A DNA stretch of 64,000 nt from Pseudomonadota bacterium (GTDB lineage Bacteria > Bdellovibrionota > Bdellovibrionia > Bdellovibrionales > Bdellovibrionaceae), in contig JBEGVH010000040.1 of NCBI GenBank assembly GCA_041178425.1, positions 64,001 to 128,000 of the forward strand. Direction: 5' to 3'. The notes under the pieces were generated by a model that made no database searches, was not told the origin of the DNA, and saw nothing but the letters and a program-made list of their open reading frames with translations. This document shows positions 1 through 8,235 of the stretch, one piece after another; within the stretch, counting starts at the first letter, position 1; each line of letters starts with the position of its first letter. The position numbers and the translations under genes are program-made.

Positions 1-516
1 ATGCCAATCCTCAAGGAGGCCCAGCGCGGTTTTTTTAAAAAAGGCGGCAAGGGTTGGAAAAAAGAGATTCGGCGCTTAGAGCGATTGTCTGCCGACAAAG
101 AGATTTTTCTAGAAACAATCAGGGCGGAGATAGAGACAACTTCAGGGGCTAAAAACAACCCTTGGCATTTGACGGCTTTAGGTCGCTACCCAAAGGATCA
201 GTCAGGGGAACTTTTTGACATTCAATGGCGTCCGCAAACCCAAGAATTAAAAATCGAAAGTTTGCAAAAGTCGGAGGCAAAATTGAGTTGTGTTATACGA
301 TTCCGTGATCAAAGAGTGGTTGACGAGGCCTCTTGTGTCAATTTCGTACTTTTTCGTTTCGATAACAAAGATGTTAATCTTTCGAGGCTTTCTTACAGCT
401 TAAAAAAAGGCTTTAGTGGCGAGGGTAAAATCACCACCTCCAAAGGAGTCACCGAAAAGTGGAGTTTTCCGGTCGTAAGTACCGATGCTCCTGTTCCCTC
501 GGGAGAAGCCCATTGA
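1..516 (+). CDS. Hypothetical protein, probably 5'-truncated by the window edge
   Basis: Open frame from base 1 to TGA at 514-516, which overlaps the next start (TTGA). No recognisable motif. Confidence 0.6.
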   Translation: MPILKEAQRGFFKKGGKGWKKEIRRLERLSADKEIFLETIRAEIETTSGAKNNPWHLTALGRYPKDQSGELFDIQWRPQTQELKIESLQKSEAKLSCVIRFRDQRVVDEASCVNFVLFRFDNKDVNLSRLSYSLKKGFSGEGKITTSKGVTEKWSFPVVSTDAPVPSGEAH

Positions 517-1382
517 ACAAAAGCTTTTTTTTTATTTTATGCGCAACTTTGATCGGTTGTGATCTTTCTTTGAGGAGCCCGGATTCCACTCTACGTGAGT
601 CGTCTCCGATGCGAGATTCTTTAAGACTCATTGATCAGGGGCGCCCAGAAGAAGCCGCCGTTCTTTTAGAAGAAATAAATCTTTTACATCCAGAGGATGA
701 TGAGGTCGCCGTTGCATTGGCCTCTGCCTATGCGGGCATTGCTGGACTTAAAATAGCCTCTTATTATGATCTCTTTCGAGACATTCTGTTTTCGCGCCCA
801 CTCACAAGCCTTCCAGGGCTTTCGGGAAGTGAAAAATTTCGGACCATGATTGGCAAGAAGGGAACCGTTGAAGACGATCGCTTTGAAAAAAATCGACAAA
901 GTCTATCAGCAATGTCTGAATTACGATCCAGTCTTCTGATGGTTCTAGCACTGAGTGACACACTTGATCGCCTCCCGAATGTCTCCGAAGAAAAACAAAT
1001 GTTTTTGAGTGAAGCCATCGTCATTTTAGAGCGGCTCCAAAGCCCAAAGCGAGCGCACTTTGCTTATCGTGCACTTTTGAGGGCCACCTTAATAAAAAAC
1101 GAACTCAAACAAAAGCTCCAACACGGTAGAACCTGTGATGAAAGTGTTTTTGAGCTTATAGAATTAATTCGAAGAATGAAAGAGAAACTGGAATCTCTTC
1201 TTACCGACGTCGCCCTTGCCTTTCCTCGCGAACGGACCCAATTAAAACAAATTCTAGCATCGATTGATCGAAGTGTTCGTGAGTTGGATGTTTTGGCGCA
1301 AGTTCAAGGAAAGATTGCTTGGGCAAAAAGTATTGAGGAACTGAGACTGAGTGATGATGCCATGTCGTGTGGTGCCCATTGA
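513..1382 (+). CDS. Lipoprotein with an N-terminal TPR-like helical region
   Basis: TTG start at 513 after GGAG. Signal peptide FFFILCATLIG-C with lipobox, then TPR-like GRPEEAAVLLEE...VALASAYAG. All-helical composition. Confidence 0.7.
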   Translation: MNKSFFFILCATLIGCDLSLRSPDSTLRESSPMRDSLRLIDQGRPEEAAVLLEEINLLHPEDDEVAVALASAYAGIAGLKIASYYDLFRDILFSRPLTSLPGLSGSEKFRTMIGKKGTVEDDRFEKNRQSLSAMSELRSSLLMVLALSDTLDRLPNVSEEKQMFLSEAIVILERLQSPKRAHFAYRALLRATLIKNELKQKLQHGRTCDESVFELIELIRRMKEKLESLLTDVALAFPRERTQLKQILASIDRSVRELDVLAQVQGKIAWAKSIEELRLSDDAMSCGAH

Positions 1383-2437
1383 CCATTACGAGAGTGGTGT
1401 GCTTTTTAGTCGCGTTGTGGAGTTCTTTCGGACAAGCGAGTTATGTTCTCGATGAACTACCGACGGCCTTTGTTCCGAACTCTCAGTCTTTCGCTGTTCG
1501 AACAATGGGTGGAAGTTGTTTGGCTATGCTCAGCATCCAAGACGGTGTTCCCTGTGCTGCGAGCCTTTTACCTGTGATTCGGAGCCCTCGATTTTTTGCT
1601 ACTGGCCAAATTGGTAACGGCTTTGAAGCCGCAAAGACCACCAACGATATTCTCTATAAACCCATCTCAAAAACCGAGCTTGAAAACCTTTTTTCACAGA
1701 AGAATCAACTGCAAGCTGATGGAAGTTTAAAATTTACTTTTGTGAGCTCTGCGTTTGCTGCGGAATTTGCGCCCTACCAAGCTCATCTCAACGGAGTCCT
1801 CAGGAATGCCAGCTATCCAGTCATAGGTCTTCATGCCCTCAATGAGAAGAGGCTTTTATTCTCTGGTGCGAAAGAAGTTTGGGAGAATGTAACGGTGGGT
1901 TCCCATCTGAGACTCTTTCAAAGGCGTTATGTGCACGAAGAAATTCAAATGTTTCAAATGGTCACGAACTCAGGCGCGATTGTTCGAACGAGAGAACAAA
2001 GTGGGGTCTTTTTTGATCCCAGTGTTACGTGGTGGAGCGGCCAGAGCGACAATGATCATCAAACGCGGCTGACCGTGGGTATTGAAAACCTGGGATGGGT
2101 TAGTCGAACTGATGCCTACTTATCCACGGCATCTCAATGGGTGGCAGGATGGGGGTACTCATTGCCTCTGGGGCTCGGTCTCTTAGAAGCGGGTATCGAT
2201 GCCAGGCCTAGGAGAGCTCAGGCTATCGATGCTCGTGATTTTGTCTTGGGCACTAATTATCGGCTCGGGGGACTGCAATTCTTAGCCGGGATTAACCAAG
2301 ACACTTTAAACGGTGGAGTGAGCTTCGCTCTCAAGCAAATCAATCTGGGTGTTTCCTACTATACTACGCGATGGCCCTCGGGCGACTCGGAAGCCTACCA
2401 GCAGAGTTTGAGAACTCAATTTTCGGTGGGTTTTTAA
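1379..2437 (+). CDS. Outer-membrane beta-barrel protein (TraF/FadL-like barrel appearance)
   Basis: Signal peptide, alternating amphipathic strands and a C-terminal TQFSVGF BAM-type signal. TTG start overlaps the upstream TGA (the ORF track starts at 1367). Confidence 0.7.
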   Translation: MTITRVVCFLVALWSSFGQASYVLDELPTAFVPNSQSFAVRTMGGSCLAMLSIQDGVPCAASLLPVIRSPRFFATGQIGNGFEAAKTTNDILYKPISKTELENLFSQKNQLQADGSLKFTFVSSAFAAEFAPYQAHLNGVLRNASYPVIGLHALNEKRLLFSGAKEVWENVTVGSHLRLFQRRYVHEEIQMFQMVTNSGAIVRTREQSGVFFDPSVTWWSGQSDNDHQTRLTVGIENLGWVSRTDAYLSTASQWVAGWGYSLPLGLGLLEAGIDARPRRAQAIDARDFVLGTNYRLGGLQFLAGINQDTLNGGVSFALKQINLGVSYYTTRWPSGDSEAYQQSLRTQFSVGF

Positions 2438-2438
2438 T

Positions 2439-3023
2439 ATGAGATTTTTTACTTTTTTGTTTCTTTCTTTGTTGAATGTTGATGTCTGGGGTTTGCCCAG
2501 AGAGCTGTATGTCAATCCCGTTCCGCGATCCGAATTGGACGCAAAACCAACCTGGGACAATTTTCAAAAGGTGATCATCGAACAGAAAAAAAGAAATGAG
2601 CAGGAAGGATTGGCCTACGTGATTAGCGGAGGCATCGCTTTTGTTGGCGGGATTGTTGGCTATCAACGATCCAATGATCTTTTTGCAAAAGGGGCCTACG
2701 CCCTTTCGCAGAGCTTGGGCGTGGCCGCTGTCGGGTATGGTGCTCACGAATCCTTAATTGGGTCACAGGAACGATTAATTTATGACACTCTGAACGCGGA
2801 TCACTTTTTAAATCCTGCTCAGAGAGATCAGTTCGTTAAGATTTATTTTGATCTCGAAGCGAAAAAAAATCGGGAGACGCAAAGAATTGCAGCTCTCACT
2901 CACGGACTCTTGGCGGGCCTCAATCTTTATAACGGAGTTCAGGCGACCCATGAAGATCTTCGATCCACCCTTTATTTTATTGCTGTGATCAATGTCATCG
3001 CCTGCGTAACCTATTCCTTCTAG
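2439..3023 (+). CDS. Hypothetical exported membrane protein
   Basis: Signal peptide plus several Gly-rich hydrophobic segments; 1 nt from the upstream gene. Confidence 0.7.
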   Translation: MRFFTFLFLSLLNVDVWGLPRELYVNPVPRSELDAKPTWDNFQKVIIEQKKRNEQEGLAYVISGGIAFVGGIVGYQRSNDLFAKGAYALSQSLGVAAVGYGAHESLIGSQERLIYDTLNADHFLNPAQRDQFVKIYFDLEAKKNRETQRIAALTHGLLAGLNLYNGVQATHEDLRSTLYFIAVINVIACVTYSF

Positions 3024-3055
3024 CCCAACGAAGGTCTAGGACAACTAGACTTGGA

Positions 3056-3074
3056 TGTATTCATTTTGAATACA
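3056..3074. promoter_or_regulatory. Palindromic operator-like site TGTATTCA-TTT-TGAATACA
   Basis: Perfect 8-bp inverted repeat with a 3-nt spacer in the intergenic region upstream of the TIGR02147 gene. Confidence 0.5.
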
Positions 3075-3099
3075 ATTTTTTTAAATTCCAGGAGGATTA

Positions 3100-3126
3100 T
3101 CAAGTCGAGGTCAAAATATCCGATAG
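3100..3126 (+). promoter_or_regulatory. Sigma-28 (FliA)-type promoter
   Basis: TCAAGTCG-N11-TCCGATAG matches the TAAAGTTT-N11-GCCGATAA consensus spacing, 20 nt before the GTG start. Confidence 0.6.
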
Positions 3127-3146
3127 AATAGAGGGAGGAGGGTGTT

Positions 3147-3986
3147 GTGATCAAAAAGCGGACGTTTTTTGAACATACGAATTATCGAGAACTCCTCAAG
3201 TGTCTCATTAATGATCGAAAGGAGGAGGGAAAGCCCTTTTCTTTTCGATGGTTTTCACAAAAGGCAGGATATTCGTCGCCGAATTTTCTCAAATTGATAC
3301 TCGAGGGTAAGAGAAATCTTACTGACGACGCCGTCGATCGATTGAGTCACGTCTTTCAGTTTAGTGCAAAGGAACGCACATTTTTTCGCATTTTGGTTCA
3401 ACTCAATCAGGCCAAGACGCCAGACCACAAAGAGTCGCTTGTAAACGACTTGTTAAAGTTTCTAGGGCCCCAAGGAAAAACCCTTTTAAGCGTTGAGCAG
3501 TATAATTACTACGCCAAATGGTACTACATACCACTGAGGGAGCTCATTGCGGCTTCGGGCGGAGGTCTCTCGGTGAAGGAAATGTCTCGCCGGCTTCAGC
3601 CAAATCTCACGGCGGACCAAGTGCAAGAGGCGTTGATCACATTGAAGAGTCTTGGGTTGATTGTCGATGACGAGGGTCGTTGGAAAGTAACAGAGAAGCT
3701 TTTAACCACGGGCGATGAAGTAACCATGGTGGCTGTGACTCATTATCATCTCAATATGCTGCGATTGGCAGGTGAGAGCATCAGTCGCTTTTCGCGAGAC
3801 GAGAGAGAAGTCTCTTCAGTGACCCTTTCTTTAACTCCAGCGAAGGCCATGGAAGCGAAGAGGATGATCCAGGAGTTTCGAAAAAAGCTCTGGGCTCTCG
3901 AAACGGAAGAGCCTGAAAGGGAAGTCTACCAAATCAATTTTCAGCTCTTTCCGATGACAAGTAGTAAAAAGGCAGGGGCGCGATGA
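3147..3986 (+). CDS. TIGR02147 family / DUF4423 HTH protein
   Basis: Motifs YRELLK, FSFRWFSQKAGYSSPNFLKLILEGKRNL, YYAKWYYIPLREL, REVSSVTL and VYQINFQLFP. GGAGG Shine-Dalgarno (SD). Confidence 0.9.
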   Translation: MIKKRTFFEHTNYRELLKCLINDRKEEGKPFSFRWFSQKAGYSSPNFLKLILEGKRNLTDDAVDRLSHVFQFSAKERTFFRILVQLNQAKTPDHKESLVNDLLKFLGPQGKTLLSVEQYNYYAKWYYIPLRELIAASGGGLSVKEMSRRLQPNLTADQVQEALITLKSLGLIVDDEGRWKVTEKLLTTGDEVTMVAVTHYHLNMLRLAGESISRFSRDEREVSSVTLSLTPAKAMEAKRMIQEFRKKLWALETEEPEREVYQINFQLFPMTSSKKAGAR

Positions 3987-4468
3987 TGAAGAAATCAATT
4001 CTTTTGTTGCTCTTTGTCTGTTCGTTCACGGCGTGTTCGATGACACGATGGAAAGGCACCGATACTGGAAATCCCGATCAGGTGCGCGACCCAGTCTCAG
4101 GAGACTCGGGCGCAAATAATTCGAACCCAACGGATCCAGCAGCCTTGGTTGCAAGTAAAATCTGCAGTAAGTTGCAAACGTGTTTTGCGGGAAGTGACCA
4201 AACTAATTGTATGGATTCGGTTTTGATGGTTGCGGGGCTCGCACCGCACTTGGGTTATTTTTCTCGCTCTACGCTTAACGATGTTTTGAATGATATGATG
4301 AAGAACGTAGATTCCACCAAATTAGTTCTCTGTTCAACGGAACTGGATGCCATTTCTTGCGTGGGAGCGCCTATGAGTTCTTCGTATAATAGCGGGATGA
4401 GTGGGAATTACTCAAGCGTCGGAAATCTCTTTTCGGCCACGCAAAACTGCAGTTCCGTTGGCTTTTGA
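3983..4468 (+). CDS. Cys-rich lipoprotein with a GTDTGNP motif
   Basis: Lipobox FTAC, then GTDTGNP and several Cys. Overlaps the upstream stop (ATGA). Confidence 0.75.
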   Translation: MMKKSILLLLFVCSFTACSMTRWKGTDTGNPDQVRDPVSGDSGANNSNPTDPAALVASKICSKLQTCFAGSDQTNCMDSVLMVAGLAPHLGYFSRSTLNDVLNDMMKNVDSTKLVLCSTELDAISCVGAPMSSSYNSGMSGNYSSVGNLFSATQNCSSVGF

Positions 4469-4477
4469 AAACCCGCT

Positions 4478-5938
4478 TCATAGGCTTATATAAAGCATCA
4501 TTCGACTTTCGTCGAACTTTTGTGGTGCGCCGATGGCGTTCACTGCATCCACATGAACCGATTCATATTTTGCACCTAGCTTCCAGCTCTTTTTCATTTG
4601 AAAGCGGCGAGTGTAATGAAGATTCAGCCCCATGTGTGATTTCACCACTTTGGTTCCTGCAGGTTGAGATTCAAATTTTAATCCCAGCTCGTCGTTGGCA
4701 CTCAAATTATATTTAGCAATTAGACCACCACCGAAGTGCCCCGTTTGCAGGGCAAAGCCACTTAATTGGTGGGTGTAGTTTCGGTAGGCTCCGCCCACAA
4801 CGGGAATCAAAGTCAATTTTTTGAGATCAATCGAGTAGCCCAAGTTTCCGTATCCAAGAAAAGAATCGAGGCGATTGGTTTTTTGCGACATTGGAAGTGT
4901 GGTAGAGAATCCAGATTCAAAAATAAGTCTGCCCCAAATCGGTGCGCTCATGGTGAACATTTGCAGACTGAGCTCCGAGTCGGTGAGGGTGGATGTGCCT
5001 ACGGTGGACTGGTCAAGAGCAAAAGTCATACTGCTGTTGCCGATGCCAAAGTAAACTTCAAAATAAGAGATGAGCATCTCTAATTCATCCGCTTTTTTTT
5101 GCAACTCTCTGCTGCTTTCGCTCATATCTTTATTTTTTTTCTTCAGATCGGCGAGGGCGTCTTTGAGTGAGCGATTCTCTTTTTGTAACTCTTCGAGCAT
5201 TTTAAGGGCGGCTAACTGTTCAAGATTGATTGAAACTAAGTTAATCTTGTAGTTTTTACCTTTGAACCCAAAAGTCACGTTGCCAATGATACCACCCTGT
5301 TGTTCGGTGTCGGGAATTTCAAAAAAACGCCAGCGCTCGCCTTTACCAAGAATATCAAAAAACGTCGTCGAATCGATGTCTACTGATCGTGGAAACGACA
5401 AAGTGAGAGCCTTGTTGCCACTGGGTCTTAGTACGCAGTGCACCCCAATGGGGAAGGTTGTTTTTTCTGAGTCAGTGGAGAGTACTACGTCAGGAAAGTT
5501 TTTGGTGCATCCATCTTGAACGATGGTCGGATTTTCAAAGGTTTTGACCGCGAGCATTTTGGTGGCGGCACCGTTTTGTCGATTCACTAAGATTTCTTGT
5601 TCTATGTCTTGAGCGGCCAGAAAAAGGGTGCCATCTTTAAATGTGGCGCTTCCTTGCTGAGATTGCACAGAGGCCATAGAAAACTCGGGTGGTATAGCCA
5701 CTTTCGCTTTGTATGTGAGGGCTTTGACTTCTTTGTTGCCGTCTTTAGCGACAACCTCAAATTCCTCCTTCTCCTCAATCACAGAAAACAACATGGGTTT
5801 TTTGACCACTTTTCCCTGATCAAGTTCAATTAAGAAGAATTGCAATTTAGCCTGAACGACTGTCGAAAGGCAAAAGGCAAAAAGAAAGATCGTATTTCGA
5901 ATGGAGGATACTAATAAAACGTTTTTAAATTGTCTCAT
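4478..5938 (-). CDS. Exported protein: N-terminal beta domain, coiled coil and C-terminal beta-barrel
   Basis: Signal peptide, heptad segment LKMLEELQKENRSLKDALADLKKK, and C-terminal amphipathic strands ending LYISL. Confidence 0.7.
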   Translation of the reverse strand: MRQFKNVLLVSSIRNTIFLFAFCLSTVVQAKLQFFLIELDQGKVVKKPMLFSVIEEKEEFEVVAKDGNKEVKALTYKAKVAIPPEFSMASVQSQQGSATFKDGTLFLAAQDIEQEILVNRQNGAATKMLAVKTFENPTIVQDGCTKNFPDVVLSTDSEKTTFPIGVHCVLRPSGNKALTLSFPRSVDIDSTTFFDILGKGERWRFFEIPDTEQQGGIIGNVTFGFKGKNYKINLVSINLEQLAALKMLEELQKENRSLKDALADLKKKNKDMSESSRELQKKADELEMLISYFEVYFGIGNSSMTFALDQSTVGTSTLTDSELSLQMFTMSAPIWGRLIFESGFSTTLPMSQKTNRLDSFLGYGNLGYSIDLKKLTLIPVVGGAYRNYTHQLSGFALQTGHFGGGLIAKYNLSANDELGLKFESQPAGTKVVKSHMGLNLHYTRRFQMKKSWKLGAKYESVHVDAVNAIGAPQKFDESRMMLYISL

Positions 5939-6009
5939 CTCATTGTGCTACCTTTTCTCAATAATAAGCAGCGAAGCCTGAGAACCGAAACAAAAAAACG
6001 CTCACCGAA

Positions 6010-6022
6010 TCTCAGTATGAGA
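6010..6022. promoter_or_regulatory. TCTCA-N3-TGAGA palindrome (degenerate second copy at 6104-6116)
   Basis: TCTCAGTATGAGA and AGTCAGAATGAGA lie in the divergent promoter region between the barrel gene and the lipoprotein operon. Confidence 0.4.
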
Positions 6023-6168
6023 GAGTTAGACCAAGGTGTGTTTCTTCATGAGTCAGAGCGCTTGGGGGTTGGTCTTAGGGCTAACGATTTGCCCCAATCC
6101 AAAAGTCAGAATGAGAACTTAACACTTCTATTGATTGATTCTAAGCGGTCTAAGAGTAAACTTAGAGC

Positions 6169-8235
6169 ATGTGGCTACCTAGTTTTTATGGGATCATTAA
6201 ACGACTTACGGTAACTCTGAGAGTTGGCCCCGAAGTCATTTTGGGGGTGATGTTATTGTCGCTCGTTGCTTGTCAGCCGCAAAAAAAAGAAGAGGCAAAT
6301 AACTCGACCCAAAACTCACTGTCTCCGATTGAGAATGACGACGGAACCATTGATGCCCCTGTGGGAACCAAAGATTGTGCACTCAACGGTTCTAATTCTT
6401 CGGTCTGTGTGCTTTCTAAGGATTCCTATTTTTACAAGCAAGAAAACGGTGGTCGCAATCCAGAGGTTAAGGGTCCGTTGGTTTTTAAAGAGAGAACCAT
6501 TCAGTCTCTGCCCGATGGTTGGGTCGCGGCAATGACATCGGCTTCTTTTACCGATCCCAACTTGAAAGCCTCAAATATCCGAAGAGGCATTACCATTTTT
6601 GGAGTGACTGGAACAGTCAACTCGGATCATCCGCTTCCCTGTAATTTAGCGACGATGCCTTTCAGTGAGGCCTCGTGCTTGCTTTCGTCGGGCTTATTTG
6701 CTTACACGAGTGAGTACGGTGGACGCGCGAATGTTTGTTCTATCACCAACGGCTCCCAGCCAGAAAACTGTTGGCTCAACAATTCAAATACCTATTTTCT
6801 TTCAAATCAATTAGTCACCCTGATTAATCGTTGCAGTGCAAACGACGTCGATAGTTCCATTCCGCTCGCTGGTCAGTGTTGGACTCCGGCGGGTCCTTTT
6901 GTTTATACGCAGGCTTACGGTGGGCGTTCGACCCTCTGTAAAACAGATGAAAGTGCCAATGCGACAGCCTGTTGGGCTGAAAGCCTCAACGAAACAAACA
7001 AAGGCATCATTGCCTCTTCGAATACGCAGTCGTGGTGTAATTGGAATGAAAAAACGACTTCTACCTGCAAGGTGAGAATCAACGTAACGATCAATCCTGG
7101 TGATAGTCAGACGCCAGCCAGTCTGCCCTATGGGTATGTGTATCCGCTGCAATACGGGGGGCGAAGTAAGTACTGTTCAAAAAATAGCGACGGAAAGTGC
7201 TGGTTAGCGGTCGAAAAATCACAGCTCGAATCAAACCTCAAACCCGAGATCATTAAAGCGGGAGTTGCCATTTTTGGGGTCGTCGGAAAATTTAAGGGTG
7301 AAGGCGCGTGGAAGTCGGGCGCCCATCGGGATTTAGTGACGAGCCCTCTAGCAATTTCTGATGAGAGTTTTGTTTATGGTGGGGATCGGGACAAAGACAC
7401 CGGTTTCCCCGATGGCTATCGAGAGGTGCCCATGTCGGAGCTCGACGACGAAGGCACGTATTCAAACTCTGTTCTTCCTGTTGATAGAACGGGCTGGGGA
7501 AGCCTCACGTGTGGAACAGGATTAGATGCACAGGGGAATCCGGCGCCGCTACCTGCAGGTTTTGATAGTTGGAGCTTTCGTGCTCGTATGGCGGATTGCG
7601 GAGACGTTTTTGGTACGGCGGCCGTGTGGAACGGCACGACCAACGGAAATGCTGGTCAATCCAAATGGAAGCTTGTCATAAGAACGGGTGATCTCAGAAG
7701 TGGTAAGGGGCGTGAGGTTTGGCTCGATGAAAATACCGGTTTGCTTTGGAGCTCGCTCATATCAACGGCAACGAACTGGTGTAAGGCCTCGGGAAGCAAT
7801 AATATTGCTGGCAATAGTGCGCTTGAAAATGATCCTAATGATATTTGTGATAGCGCCGCTTATCAGAATCTCGCTGGCAATGCGGTGAGTGCCTGTTTTG
7901 AAGGAGATGGATTTAGCACCACGGATTCAACGCTGAGTAATGATGGCAAAGCCAACTTGTTAAAATCTTCGACAACCCTGCCGGTGGCATGGAGACTTCC
8001 TACTATTTACGATTTTGATGTGGGTGAATACAATGGGATGCGCTTTGTATTGCCCGATATGGGAGTCGCATTGAAGGGGATTCCGGGTACATTCTATGAG
8101 TGGACGGCAACAGTGAGTAGCTCAAATTCTAGAGAGGCGTGGGTGGTGCCGTCCCTTCTTGGTGGCCACGGAAAAATAGATCGCTCAATGACTGCGAGGG
8201 TGAGATGTATTGGTCGCGCCAATATTTTAGAATAA
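6169..8235 (+). CDS. Large lipoprotein with Cys-rich YGGR repeats, tail-fibre-like NIxxGxxIFGVxG motifs and a C-terminal DUF1566/Lcl-like domain
   Basis: Lipobox LVAC; four C..C..Y..GGR units; NIRRGITIFGVTG and IIKAGVAIFGVVG; VWLDENTGLLWS, WRLPT, EWTAT, AW and VRCIGR. Confidence 0.85.
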   Translation: MWLPSFYGIIKRLTVTLRVGPEVILGVMLLSLVACQPQKKEEANNSTQNSLSPIENDDGTIDAPVGTKDCALNGSNSSVCVLSKDSYFYKQENGGRNPEVKGPLVFKERTIQSLPDGWVAAMTSASFTDPNLKASNIRRGITIFGVTGTVNSDHPLPCNLATMPFSEASCLLSSGLFAYTSEYGGRANVCSITNGSQPENCWLNNSNTYFLSNQLVTLINRCSANDVDSSIPLAGQCWTPAGPFVYTQAYGGRSTLCKTDESANATACWAESLNETNKGIIASSNTQSWCNWNEKTTSTCKVRINVTINPGDSQTPASLPYGYVYPLQYGGRSKYCSKNSDGKCWLAVEKSQLESNLKPEIIKAGVAIFGVVGKFKGEGAWKSGAHRDLVTSPLAISDESFVYGGDRDKDTGFPDGYREVPMSELDDEGTYSNSVLPVDRTGWGSLTCGTGLDAQGNPAPLPAGFDSWSFRARMADCGDVFGTAAVWNGTTNGNAGQSKWKLVIRTGDLRSGKGREVWLDENTGLLWSSLISTATNWCKASGSNNIAGNSALENDPNDICDSAAYQNLAGNAVSACFEGDGFSTTDSTLSNDGKANLLKSSTTLPVAWRLPTIYDFDVGEYNGMRFVLPDMGVALKGIPGTFYEWTATVSSSNSREAWVVPSLLGGHGKIDRSMTARVRCIGRANILE

